Source of the DNA: an uncultured Candidatus Saccharibacteria bacterium
GTDB lineage: Bacteria > Patescibacteriota > Doudnabacteria > UBA920
Length of the DNA stretch: 64,000 nucleotides
Assembly (NCBI GenBank): GCA_964512925.1
Contig: CAZEKH010000002.1
Span: 122,505-186,504 of the forward strand
Direction of reading: 5' to 3'
Positions 51,996 to 61,828 of this stretch are shown here, one piece after another; position 1 is the first letter of the stretch, and each line of letters starts with the position of its first letter. Both the position numbers and the translations under genes were made by a program. The notes beneath the pieces were generated by a model. The model was given only the letters and a program-made list of their open reading frames with translations. It had not been told where the DNA came from and did no database searches.

Positions 51996-52123
51996 TTTAA
52001 TTTGATTTGTCATCCCGGAACCCGCCCAAAACGGATATCCGGGATCCAGGGTTTATTAAATTTTTTATTCGATAACACCAATCCTAAATATGGCGATTTC
52101 GTAATTCACAGTAATTTAACCTT

Positions 52124-52155
52124 AAACCCCCGGCCTGGAAAAAGGCAGGGGGTTT
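52124..52155 (-). terminator. hairpin after the large surface-protein gene
   Basis: AAACCCCCGGCCT/AGGCAGGGGGTTT. Confidence 0.55.
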
Positions 52156-52169
52156 GAAGACAAAATTCT

Positions 52170-55100
52170 TTAAGGAATCTCTGTTTTAATAGGCGCGTTG
52201 ACCTTGTTAAACAACAGCAAAGGAGTAACAACATTTTTCACCGCCGGGTTAATGCCATCCTTGATGAAGTTAATAGCAGCGCTGTTCTGAAACCGGCTAG
52301 TATTGGCACTATATCCCGCTGGCAGCTGAGTTTTACCGGAGATAAAAAGTTTGACCACAACCGGAGTGGTAGTTGAAGACGGTGCCAGACTGCCGTTGAT
52401 CGGGATGCTCAAAGTTAGGTTAGGTTCGGTTCCGGAAGCTGTGATAGAACCCAAAGAAAATCCTGCCCCGGATAGACTCATTCCCCAAGCCAAAGGATCA
52501 GTAACGCTTTTACTGGTATCTACCCTCGCCAGGTTGGTCAGTCTTTCAGAAATATTGATACTGGTTGCAGGGTTGCCTCCGAGCACGGGCGCTGTGTTTT
52601 TGACGCAAATTTGATAAGTAATCTTGTCATTGATCTTGTAAGCGACATTTGGCGGGGTTTCGCCAGGAGAACTGCAGTCGCTTCTGGGTGAAGACCCGTA
52701 AGGACTTACATCGTTCAATGCAATTATATCTTTATCTGAAGTTGTCAGGTTGGCATCGCAGGAGATGTAGGCAATAGGACTTGGCAAAGCCAAGCTTTGA
52801 GCCGCAGATGCATTGTTCCAGGCTTCTACCCAATAGTAGTTATTAACCGGATCCATAAACGCCTTATTCGTCTCAGTCCAGACCAAAACCCCCGGACCGA
52901 CAGACTGCCTGAGGGTGGCAGTGGCAAAATTGTTGGTGGTATTGTGATAAATCTTGTAGCCCAAAGGTCCGCCTGAGTTGGCGCCCGGCTCATCCGTCAC
53001 AGCATAAAAAGTGGAGGGGCTGCCCTGGTTGTTGTATTCGGTTTGCAGCAGGTTTGCGCTTCTTAAAACATCTGACATTCTAACTTCGTCTATTTCACCG
53101 ACAAAGTATTCATTAACTCCGCCTGCTCCGCCGATCCAGAAAGTGCTAAATGAAAATGAAGAAGAAATGCTGGTGCTGCCGGCTGAAACTCCGTTGATGT
53201 AAAACTGGCAAGTTGAACCGTTATAAGTTACAGCGACTTGGGTCCAGGTGTTTAAAGGCACGGTTCCGGTGGAGGTGCAGAGATTCTGCGTGCCTGTCCT
53301 TAAGAGGCTCATTGTGTTGTTGCTGTTAACACGCCACTCCGGACCACTGCCGCCGGATTGGGCTATTATCGGATGGTAGCCGGCTGAAGTATTTTTAACC
53401 CACGCTTGGTAAGTAAAGGTCTGACTTTGTAGAGATGCATTGTTGGCGATATTTATAACCTGTCCGCCGCCGGCAAAGCCTGCGCCGCCTCCCATTTTTC
53501 CAACAGCAGCAGTTGCGCCCAAAATCGTACCGTTGTTTGCGCTCTGGCTGGAATCAGTAGCTGAAAGGGTACTGCCGTTCGGCAAATGCCAAACGCCTTT
53601 GTAGTTAGTGTCCCAATAGTGCGAGTTGTCCATATCCTGCTGGTCGGTGGCCACGGCCGGATTGCCCAGATACATATACAAAACTGTATTTGCGGAAGCG
53701 GAAAGTGTCGGAACCTTGATCCAGACAGCCAGCTCTCCGGTAGCCGGATCATATTTTTCTATTTTATGGGAAAGTTTGGTTGTTCCGTCCGAAGAAGTAA
53801 AGTAAATGTCCGTAGCGTCAGCCTTGCCAATCTGTCCGCCGTAAGTGCTGAACCGATAGTCTCCGCCAGACACGGAAAACAGGAACGGGAAATTGGTCAA
53901 ATCCGAACCGCCGACTACTTTAGTTCTGTCTATAGTGATTTTTTTCTTAAACGACCAGATCAAGGGGTTTCCGGAAAATGGCAAAGTCCAGCTGACTTTT
54001 ATGGTTTCGCAGGAAACCGTAGCGTCGCTTGAGGAGTTGAAATTAGCCGTATTGTTCGGACCAGTCAGACACTGTTCTACCTGGATGCCCGTACTGTTGG
54101 AAGCTGAAGCCACCTTGGCGCTTTCCTGAGAGCCGCCGACTGCTGAAACCCAATAGTAGTAGGTGGAAGCGTTAGTCGTCGGACTGTCAGTGGTGGGTGA
54201 AGAAACTGCAGTCTTTATCGGAGCTCCAGTGGTAGCAGGATCATTGGTGGTGGAGCGGTATATATTGTAAGAAGTAGCGCCTGCTGCCGCAGTCCAAGTT
54301 AAAGTAGTCGTTCTAGACGGACAAGGACCTAAATTTACCGCCAAATCTGCAGGAGCGTTCGGCGCAGTCTGCCTCCAGACTGTCAGATACTGGGGCGAGT
54401 TGGAAGCTGCCGGGGAAGAGCCGTTGTCCTGGATAGTCACCAAACAGGACTGACTACCTGGAGAAGCTGGAGCGTCTACAGTTATCGCCACAGTGGTGTT
54501 GGCGTTCTGGGCCAAAGGTCCGCCCGAAGCCGTGCCAACATGGCACCAGGACTGGTTGGTTGAAGCTCTCCACAAAAGCTGGCTACCTGCAGTGCCGGTG
54601 TTGGTAATGGTCAGATTCTGAGCCGCTGGAGCAGCGCCGCCAGCAGTAGCGTTGAAGGTCATCACAGTGGGGCTAAGTCCGATCGCCGGAGCAGAAGTGC
54701 CTACGCAAACACCAGAACCGTTGCAGGTGCCTCCTGGACAAGCGGTGCCGGCTGCTAAGTTTGTAAATGCGGCGCAAGTGCCAGGACTGTTTCCAGTACA
54801 AGCCCCGCCGCTTTGACAAGCGTTAGGCGCAGAACAGCTATAGTTAGTAGCGTTTGTGCAAACTCCATTGTTACAAGTACTATTGTAACTGCAAGCCACT
54901 CCATCGTCGCAAGATGTTCCGTTAGTTGCGGCATAACTGCAAGCTCCCCAAACACCGGCAGTACAAGTCTGCACCCCGGCGCAGGTGCCGGATCCGCAGG
55001 CTTGGGTTGCGCCGTTGGTACAAGCGCCCATATTAACAGTGGCAAAGTTAGCCTGGCTGTTTTGACAGAACTCATAGTTTTGGTTTAGGTTACAAGAAAC

Positions 55101-56594
55101 TTGAAAGTTCTGAGCAGTAGCCGGGGCTTTGCATTTAAAAACTACATTTTGCCCGTTTACGCTGTCTATGTTTCCGGAGTTGTTTAAAAACCACTTAAAC
55201 CCATAGCCTGCGGAACTGCAGTCCGCAGGTCCGGCGTTAATGGTAACATTGGAAGGAATATTTACGCCATAGTTACAGGACACATAAAAGTCCTGGTTAG
55301 GATTTACGGAATTTAAATTTGTAGCAAATGTAGAAGTGGAAAGCGAAACTCCGCTTTGGGCGCTGTTAAAGGTTGTTGGGGTACAAACAGCATTTCTAAC
55401 TTCCAAAGTAGCAGTTTCAGAATGGTCGCAAGTTCCAACACAGGCGTTTTGAGGATGGGGTGATACATACGCTCTGGCGTGTATTTGATAGTTGCCTATA
55501 TCGGTGTGTTTTGCTAATACTGTATAATTATCCAAAGGAACATCAAAATAACCACTTCTCCAAGAGCCTAACACGCCATAATTTACTGAATTACAAGTTA
55601 TTTCATAAGGCGAATTCATTGTATAACCACACGCAGCTCCATTAATAACCTGGGCTCCAGAACTATCGTACAACTGGCACTCAACACCACCTGAACAATT
55701 AATTTGCATTTGATCTAAACTAGCAGGACCAGTTTTTGCATAGGTAATAGAATAAGTTGTATAAGCATCCACCCCTAAAACCATAGATTGAAACAGTGGA
55801 TTTATTGCAACAGAAATATCTGTCGCACAATCAGCATCTGTTTGACAAAGATCTGTTGACCCCGGACATCCCAAACTTGGATCATAGGTTGTTGAATTTG
55901 GGTCAGAAAAAAAATCATCTCTATTAAAAGTTTGTAAAGTACATGATGATGAGCTACAAGCTTTGTATTGTACTGTACCAGTGCATGTTGCTGGCGATGA
56001 AGGCCCGCTTCCAGTATCTTCAGGACTAAATATTAATCTAAAACTACACCCATTACAATTTGTTTCGCCAGGTATATTTATAGTTCCTCCAGAATTACTA
56101 ACCGAATAAGTAACAGAGCTCCCATCTGGTCTAATTAAAGCAACCCCATTTAAAACTGACCCTCCAGCGCCAATAATATTTCCATTTCCATTTACATTAG
56201 CTGTAATTTGTAAACCTTTTGAGACATCAATAGTACCAGGCGCACTAGCAATCCCAGGACCAGCAGCATTTGGGTTACCAGTCCCATATACTATAGGTGA
56301 AGTTCCATTACCTTGATATACGGTGTTACTACCGTTAGTTATGGTTAAAGATGTGCCACTTGTCACAGCAGAGCCAAAAGGCCAGCTCCCATTTGTTACA
56401 GGTCTTACTCCCTGAGGAGTAAACGAATAAACTAATCCATTAACCGCAGAATCTAGTTGGGCAGGAGTGGAAGATAAAGATGGTTGTGTTGTCGCGTTAA
56501 AATAATAATAGTTAGCAAAAGCTTGTAAATTAAACAAGCCAAAAATAAAAGCGCTCACTCCGACAACTCCTAATAGTTTATATTTTAGTTTCAT
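52170..56594 (-). CDS. large secreted/surface protein (Cys-rich repeats, Ig/BACON-like, FN3-like, DUF2341, LamG)
   Basis: signal peptide; CDDG.AC and CPGGTCNGSGVC repeats; LTNFPFL..DIYFT..WIKVP..LYMY.GNP (DUF2341); WTQVAVTY..FYING..GEIDEVR (LamG). Confidence 0.85.
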   Translation of the reverse strand: MKLKYKLLGVVGVSAFIFGLFNLQAFANYYYFNATTQPSLSSTPAQLDSAVNGLVYSFTPQGVRPVTNGSWPFGSAVTSGTSLTITNGSNTVYQGNGTSPIVYGTGNPNAAGPGIASAPGTIDVSKGLQITANVNGNGNIIGAGGSVLNGVALIRPDGSSVTYSVSNSGGTINIPGETNCNGCSFRLIFSPEDTGSGPSSPATCTGTVQYKACSSSSCTLQTFNRDDFFSDPNSTTYDPSLGCPGSTDLCQTDADCATDISVAINPLFQSMVLGVDAYTTYSITYAKTGPASLDQMQINCSGGVECQLYDSSGAQVINGAACGYTMNSPYEITCNSVNYGVLGSWRSGYFDVPLDNYTVLAKHTDIGNYQIHARAYVSPHPQNACVGTCDHSETATLEVRNAVCTPTTFNSAQSGVSLSTSTFATNLNSVNPNQDFYVSCNYGVNIPSNVTINAGPADCSSAGYGFKWFLNNSGNIDSVNGQNVVFKCKAPATAQNFQVSCNLNQNYEFCQNSQANFATVNMGACTNGATQACGSGTCAGVQTCTAGVWGACSYAATNGTSCDDGVACSYNSTCNNGVCTNATNYSCSAPNACQSGGACTGNSPGTCAAFTNLAAGTACPGGTCNGSGVCVGTSAPAIGLSPTVMTFNATAGGAAPAAQNLTITNTGTAGSQLLWRASTNQSWCHVGTASGGPLAQNANTTVAITVDAPASPGSQSCLVTIQDNGSSPAASNSPQYLTVWRQTAPNAPADLAVNLGPCPSRTTTLTWTAAAGATSYNIYRSTTNDPATTGAPIKTAVSSPTTDSPTTNASTYYYWVSAVGGSQESAKVASASNSTGIQVEQCLTGPNNTANFNSSSDATVSCETIKVSWTLPFSGNPLIWSFKKKITIDRTKVVGGSDLTNFPFLFSVSGGDYRFSTYGGQIGKADATDIYFTSSDGTTKLSHKIEKYDPATGELAVWIKVPTLSASANTVLYMYLGNPAVATDQQDMDNSHYWDTNYKGVWHLPNGSTLSATDSSQSANNGTILGATAAVGKMGGGAGFAGGGQVINIANNASLQSQTFTYQAWVKNTSAGYHPIIAQSGGSGPEWRVNSNNTMSLLRTGTQNLCTSTGTVPLNTWTQVAVTYNGSTCQFYINGVSAGSTSISSSFSFSTFWIGGAGGVNEYFVGEIDEVRMSDVLRSANLLQTEYNNQGSPSTFYAVTDEPGANSGGPLGYKIYHNTTNNFATATLRQSVGPGVLVWTETNKAFMDPVNNYYWVEAWNNASAAQSLALPSPIAYISCDANLTTSDKDIIALNDVSPYGSSPRSDCSSPGETPPNVAYKINDKITYQICVKNTAPVLGGNPATSINISERLTNLARVDTSKSVTDPLAWGMSLSGAGFSLGSITASGTEPNLTLSIPINGSLAPSSTTTPVVVKLFISGKTQLPAGYSANTSRFQNSAAINFIKDGINPAVKNVVTPLLLFNKVNAPIKTEIP

Positions 56595-56643
56595 TTTTTT
56601 CTTTCTTAAAAGTTTTCTATATTATACCACAAAAATAAAAAAT

Positions 56644-56853
56644 GCTAGGCGGGTGTCCAATCCGCCTAGCCATCGCGAGGTCCCCAGCAATATCTTGAAA
56701 GCTGTGGGATAACAAAATCCTCATTATAATTGCAGTAGCCTGCCGCCCTCACACTCAATGGTGTGTTATGGGTTTGCGCGTCCATATCTACCCTAAGTTA
56801 GAGTTTTCAGCAGGCCACGAAAATACGATACAACAAAATTCAATTTTTGTCAA
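56644..56853 (-). ncRNA. small independent transcription unit: structured RNA or 39-aa peptide (56785-56666)
   Basis: TTGACA-17-TATCGT promoter; 11-bp stem with G-U pairs on the minus strand; terminator GCTAGGCGG/CCGCCTAGC plus T tract. Confidence 0.45.
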
Positions 56854-56892
56854 ACTATTGACAAAACCTATAAAATATGCTATATTTTCCAT

Positions 56893-58470
56893 ATGTTAAA
56901 TGGAGGAAAAAGACTTCTGCAAAACGCCTTTTTGGCGACCCTCCTGCTGGTGGGCGCATGCCCCCAGCTTTCGCTCGCGCAACCTCCTTCAGCTGAGCCC
57001 TGGTTCGTCCAGGCACTCAAGATGAACGAACTGCGCCGATCTAGCGCAAGCTTCCCCACGACTTACGTTGTGGGCGATGGGGTCAACTGCAACGACCCCG
57101 CCCTTGCCGGACGGATCGACAGCGCTAAAAGTTTTAGCGTAGTCGATTCGGCTCCTTGCCAAGGGAGCATCTGGCAACACGAGACCAGTGTTGCCAAAGT
57201 TGCTTCGGCCATCGGAGGCCGAGTTGCTAGCGCCAAAATTTTCTCGCTTCCAGAAAAGCAAATCAAGCCTCTGGAATATAAAGCGGCCGACATCAATGCT
57301 GCTTTTGAGAAAATAGCCGACCAAACCAAGAGCGAAGAATTCGCAATTATCAACGCATCGCTCTTTGGTTCAGGTCCAGAGCTCGTAAAAGTGCTGAAAA
57401 GCATGGAAAAAAGAGTTCTCGTCATAGCAAGTGCCGGCAACAACGGCACAACCACTGTCGATAATCCGTGTTGGTTTGGACTCGATCTACCTAACGTCTT
57501 GTGCGTTGGGGCGGTTGAGCAGAGTGGCAAACTCTGGAACTCGAGCAATCGAGGCGCCAGGGTAGAAATGGCCGCTTTCGGCGTCAACATGTACCCAGGA
57601 GTAACGGGTACATCGTTCTCAGCCCCGGTTGTTTCGGGGCTCGCAAGCTCACTCTTTGCAGCGCTAAAAGCGCGGGGATATAGCCCCACGCCAGCAGTGC
57701 TAAAACAGATTCTAATTCAGGGCTCAACCCTGAACGAAAATCTCAAAGGCCTGATCGGAAACCCGAGGCAGGCCAGCGGCGAGAATCTTCTTTCTCTCGC
57801 CCAGAGGGTGTACGCCCCCTGGCCGATAGAGGCAACGGCATTCTCTCCCTTCCCGATCGGTTGGGAAGGCGAGCAGGCAGCGGTAAAAATTTCCGGAGCG
57901 CCCATCAGCCTCCGGCAACTCGGTGTCACCCTGAAACTTCGTGGAGAAAAGGGAGATGTGACAAACATCACCCCAACCTCTGTCGAGAGTGTTCAGGGCA
58001 ATGATGCCCTCTATTTCCCCGCTCCCAAAGCGGGTCGCTACTGGCTTTCTTTGAGTGTTGAGGGTCTCCCCTCGACTCTAGAAACGCCGATAACCATCAA
58101 TCCCCGCCGCAAGGCAGGTCTGATGTTCGGCAGTCGTGGCGCTGCACCGGACTGGTTTGCCCTTCCGGGCGAGGAGCTCCTGCTCCAGATCCCCGGATTC
58201 TCAACCGTTCCCTCCACGCAGATCGAAGCGTGGATCGGAATTTCGCCCCAGGGCGAAGAAACAGAATGGCACCAGGCTGTCATCCTCTCTTCCGCCCAAA
58301 ACTCGGAGCCTGGCTACTTTGAGGCAATAGCCCAGCTCCCGACTGAACTGTCGCCCTTTGAGGGAGTTGCGACCCTCGTACTGCGAGTTCAAGGCAAGTT
58401 CCTTGACTCGCAAATTGAAGTATTTTTGTCCTCCCCTCCGGCTCGTCACCGCCGGCCACGGGGCAGGTAA
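56893..58470 (+). CDS. secreted S8 (subtilisin-like) peptidase
   Basis: signal peptide; catalytic D (VGDG), H (QHETSVA), N (ASAGN), S (GTSFSAP); TTGACA-17-TATATT 6 nt before the ATG. Confidence 0.85.
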   Translation: MLNGGKRLLQNAFLATLLLVGACPQLSLAQPPSAEPWFVQALKMNELRRSSASFPTTYVVGDGVNCNDPALAGRIDSAKSFSVVDSAPCQGSIWQHETSVAKVASAIGGRVASAKIFSLPEKQIKPLEYKAADINAAFEKIADQTKSEEFAIINASLFGSGPELVKVLKSMEKRVLVIASAGNNGTTTVDNPCWFGLDLPNVLCVGAVEQSGKLWNSSNRGARVEMAAFGVNMYPGVTGTSFSAPVVSGLASSLFAALKARGYSPTPAVLKQILIQGSTLNENLKGLIGNPRQASGENLLSLAQRVYAPWPIEATAFSPFPIGWEGEQAAVKISGAPISLRQLGVTLKLRGEKGDVTNITPTSVESVQGNDALYFPAPKAGRYWLSLSVEGLPSTLETPITINPRRKAGLMFGSRGAAPDWFALPGEELLLQIPGFSTVPSTQIEAWIGISPQGEETEWHQAVILSSAQNSEPGYFEAIAQLPTELSPFEGVATLVLRVQGKFLDSQIEVFLSSPPARHRRPRGR

Positions 58471-58493
58471 CTAGGATGCGCTTCAGCATCCGC

Positions 58494-58541
58494 GGACCGA
58501 CCAGCGCTAAGCCTCACGCGCTGCTCGGTCCTTTTTCTTTT
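58494..58541 (+). terminator. intrinsic terminator of the S8 gene
   Basis: GGACCGACCAGCGC/GCGCTGCTCGGTCC plus T tract. Confidence 0.75.
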
Positions 58542-58616
58542 CCCAAAAATATTTTCCTAAATTTGGGTGAATGGTAAATTTTTACTCACCCCCTGTATCT
58601 TTTTTAAAAACTGTCG

Positions 58617-58650
58617 TGTCAACTATGACACATATGTGTTATGTTTGACA
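58617..58650. repeat. 34-bp palindromic site, copy 1
   Basis: TGTCAACTATGACACATATGTGTTATGTTTGACA; 33/34 identical to 62565-62598. Confidence 0.85.
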
Positions 58651-58797
58651 TTTTTTTATTCCCGATTCATCCACCCCACAAACAATTCCTATTTTAAATA
58701 GTATAAGCATCATTCCAACATTCTTGAGAATGTCAGAATGTTGTTTTTATGCAGCTTTGTGATCGTTATAGTTATCGTTAATTTGTTTCTATCCCCC

Positions 58798-61700
58798 CTA
58801 CCACCCCCATCCCATATCTCCTTTGTCTGTATAGACTTTCAGAGTTTTAAGGCCAGGGTGAGTTTGATGGATCTTGCCTTGCTGGTCTTTACCTGTAAGG
58901 GTTGTTTGTTTAACAGGTTTTTGTTGAAAGATGGCTTGTAAAGTAAAGTCTTTCTTAGACTTAATGGTCTGGGTAAGTTTGTCTAGCTTGTTCTTGTCTA
59001 ACTGCCAGTTAAACCTTAATACTGTCTTAGTTAAGTCTACAGGGAGGCTATTGTAACTAAGGCTTAATACTTCAGCTTTTAAAGCTTTTTTTCTGTCTTT
59101 GTCGGTAAGTTTAAGGATAGTGGTATTTCCTGCTTTGTCTTGAGCTTTTATGCCGTCAGGCAGATAGTCTATGTAAACAGGCAGGCTGTAGTTAGTCTGG
59201 CTTAATACTGGTTCTTTGGACTTTCTGTCTAAAGCAGATAGAGCTATATCATTCTTAGTTACATCAAACTCCATTAGTATTTCAGGAGGGGTCTTATCTA
59301 TGGTAAAGCTAAGGGTATTGAAGGCTTCTTTGTTGCCTGCTTTGTCAATGGAGTAAAAAGACAGGGTGTGAGAGCCTTCTTCTGTCAGGGTTAAGGGAGA
59401 AGAACTGGCTTGATTTAAGGATAAAGGATCAAAGGCCAAAGATGACTGCCAGCCTTGGTTATCCAGGTTATACATTATCTTTAACACTCCAGAAGTTTCT
59501 GCTTCTTTGCCTGGCAATACCGGGTCTAAGGCAGAGAGAGTTACCTTAACCTCGCTGCGGTAAAACCCAACCTCTCCCATAGTTCCTGCTATGGTAGAAG
59601 TAGACACAGGAGGAACCAGATCTTGTGATTGTTGGGGGTTTAGGAGGGAGGAGGGAAGGATGTTTTTGTCTACACTGCCATCACCATCTGTATCCAGCTG
59701 AAGCTGAGTTTGTTCTCCTAGCAAAACCATGCCTAAAAGAGAGGGGGTGACGGGGAGGTTTGGAAAGATTTCAGTTTTGGTTTCTTGATCGTCAACTATG
59801 GTTTTGCTTCTTAGGGTAAACGTGCCGTTTCCCGTGCCTTTGAGCTTAATCTGATACTGCTGCCCCTCGTCGTCCGGCAAAAAAAGATACTTATGGTCGC
59901 CCCAGATTTGAAGTGATGCCCCGGGAATGTCGTTTTGAACGCTGCCGTCTTCAGCAAGCCTTGTTTCATTGCCCTGGCTGTCTATTGCTTCAACATCTAC
60001 TGGACTTAAGATATGGATTTCTCTGCCTTTGAGCTGGCATTGTTCTGGGTTTTGGATCAGCTGATTGTAATTAATAATGTTCTTAGTGGGCAGAGAGGAA
60101 CCGGTTAAAATGTTAACAATTTTTTCTCTGATCCCATCCTGGGACAACATCTTTCCGTGGTCTGGTTTGATGGCGTAAAATCTATGGTCATTTAAAGCTC
60201 TGTTTGAGTCTGAGCTTTCAAAAGGCACAGTAGAGTCTCCAGAAACATTTTTTGGGGAGTCATAAACTGTCTCTTTCGTGGTTATGGTTTTGGAGGGGTT
60301 AAAGGGATCATTGGCATTGGTGGTCAGATAAAAGGTATTTTCCACCACGCTTTCAAAGGTATGGCTTTTACAGCCAGTGATGTTGTAGAAATCTATGCCT
60401 TGGTCAGCCAGCCGGAAATTCTCAAAGCCCTGTGAGTGAACACCCTGGGAGTTTTTTACCATCTCTGTGCCCAAGCTGTTGGCGTCGTGATTTACCAGAT
60501 AATCATAGGATTCTTCAAAGTTATAACTATGCTCATAAACAGGGTTTTGGGTACTGTCTATTTTCTTTAGAAAAGAACCGTTGAGGTTGTAGTAGGATAG
60601 GGAGGGGGAGAGGTCATAGGAAACAGGAAAATTTAATGAAAGTTTTTTCATTTCAAGATCGTTTAGTCCATAGATGTCAAAATTATCACCAGCTAACAAT
60701 ACTTTTACAGCTTTGGGAGCTCCTAAATTTGGAACTCCCACAAAAATAGTTTTTCCTATTTTATGATCTGTCGGATGATTTACAGCATATTTTTTAACAA
60801 TCAAACCTCCTGTTGAATGGGCTATTACATCAACTTTTTGAACCGCTCTGCCTGCGTCAGTTTGGTTTAAAATATACTGCATTTGTCCTTCAAAATTCTG
60901 AACAATATTGTCTGAAGCCCCATACCGCCAATCATAAGGGAAAGTAAAAAGGTCTTTCCCTTCAGTGTAACCTTTTGATATTAAAAGGTTGATTAGAGAG
61001 TCGGAGTAGTCAAAAAGTGTAATTTCTCTTTTTGTTGGTAATTTTTGAATTTTTTTTCTTATAATACCAAGAATATCTAAATTATTATATTTTGGAATCA
61101 TACTGCTAATAAATTCCAATTTATCCATAAAACTATCAGAGTTTACAGGATTTATCATCCTAACAATATCTGCCCACAACAAATCATCCCCTTGCTTTAA
61201 TTCTGTGCCTAATATCCCCGGCACAATCAAAACAGGTGTAAGGCCAGGAGTTGGAGTTGGCACAGGTACATTGTAGATGGCTTTTAGTCTTACTTTCGGT
61301 GTCTGTATCCAAGGAGGGTATTGAGCTGTTTGTGAAGCCAGACCTAAGGTAAAAAAAGGAGCATTTGGGTTAAGTCCTGAAGGTAAACCTAATATGGTTA
61401 ATTCTTCTGCAGTATCTTCATTAAAAGCTTTTAAATCATAGTAACCGTCTGGTCTTTCTACTGCTTTTATGAGTAAGTGACTGATGTTTATGAGGTTTGT
61501 GTATTCAGAAGGGTAATATACAGGAGGATAGTAATAAAAATAGCTGCCAAAGTTATTTGGGCAGCCGTCTGAAAACATATTATCTAGGGAGTAGAAGGAA
61601 AAGGGAGAAACCGCTATAAAGTCACCATTGAGGGTAAAATGAAACTTTACCAAACCATCTGGACCATAGTCATAGGTGATGTCTGTAACCGAGGTGCCGT

Positions 61701-61812
61701 TGTACATAGCATCGGCGCATTTGTTTATACCGAGGATAGTGTCAGCGGAAGAAAATAGGGGTAAAAGAAGGAGAAAGAGGGATGAAAAAAGAAAGAAAGT
61801 AAATTTTTTCAT
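58798..61812 (-). CDS. secreted alpha/beta-hydrolase (LCAT/PGAP1-like lipase/acyltransferase) with C-terminal Ig-like domains
   Basis: signal peptide MKKFTFF.., VLIVPGILG, FPYDWR, AHSTGG, GVPNLGAPKA, GDSTVP, H; SFYSIDKAGNKE..IDKTPP. Confidence 0.85.
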   Translation of the reverse strand: MKKFTFFLFSSLFLLLLPLFSSADTILGINKCADAMYNGTSVTDITYDYGPDGLVKFHFTLNGDFIAVSPFSFYSLDNMFSDGCPNNFGSYFYYYPPVYYPSEYTNLINISHLLIKAVERPDGYYDLKAFNEDTAEELTILGLPSGLNPNAPFFTLGLASQTAQYPPWIQTPKVRLKAIYNVPVPTPTPGLTPVLIVPGILGTELKQGDDLLWADIVRMINPVNSDSFMDKLEFISSMIPKYNNLDILGIIRKKIQKLPTKREITLFDYSDSLINLLISKGYTEGKDLFTFPYDWRYGASDNIVQNFEGQMQYILNQTDAGRAVQKVDVIAHSTGGLIVKKYAVNHPTDHKIGKTIFVGVPNLGAPKAVKVLLAGDNFDIYGLNDLEMKKLSLNFPVSYDLSPSLSYYNLNGSFLKKIDSTQNPVYEHSYNFEESYDYLVNHDANSLGTEMVKNSQGVHSQGFENFRLADQGIDFYNITGCKSHTFESVVENTFYLTTNANDPFNPSKTITTKETVYDSPKNVSGDSTVPFESSDSNRALNDHRFYAIKPDHGKMLSQDGIREKIVNILTGSSLPTKNIINYNQLIQNPEQCQLKGREIHILSPVDVEAIDSQGNETRLAEDGSVQNDIPGASLQIWGDHKYLFLPDDEGQQYQIKLKGTGNGTFTLRSKTIVDDQETKTEIFPNLPVTPSLLGMVLLGEQTQLQLDTDGDGSVDKNILPSSLLNPQQSQDLVPPVSTSTIAGTMGEVGFYRSEVKVTLSALDPVLPGKEAETSGVLKIMYNLDNQGWQSSLAFDPLSLNQASSSPLTLTEEGSHTLSFYSIDKAGNKEAFNTLSFTIDKTPPEILMEFDVTKNDIALSALDRKSKEPVLSQTNYSLPVYIDYLPDGIKAQDKAGNTTILKLTDKDRKKALKAEVLSLSYNSLPVDLTKTVLRFNWQLDKNKLDKLTQTIKSKKDFTLQAIFQQKPVKQTTLTGKDQQGKIHQTHPGLKTLKVYTDKGDMGWGW

Positions 61813-61828
61813 AAAATTTTGAATTAAA

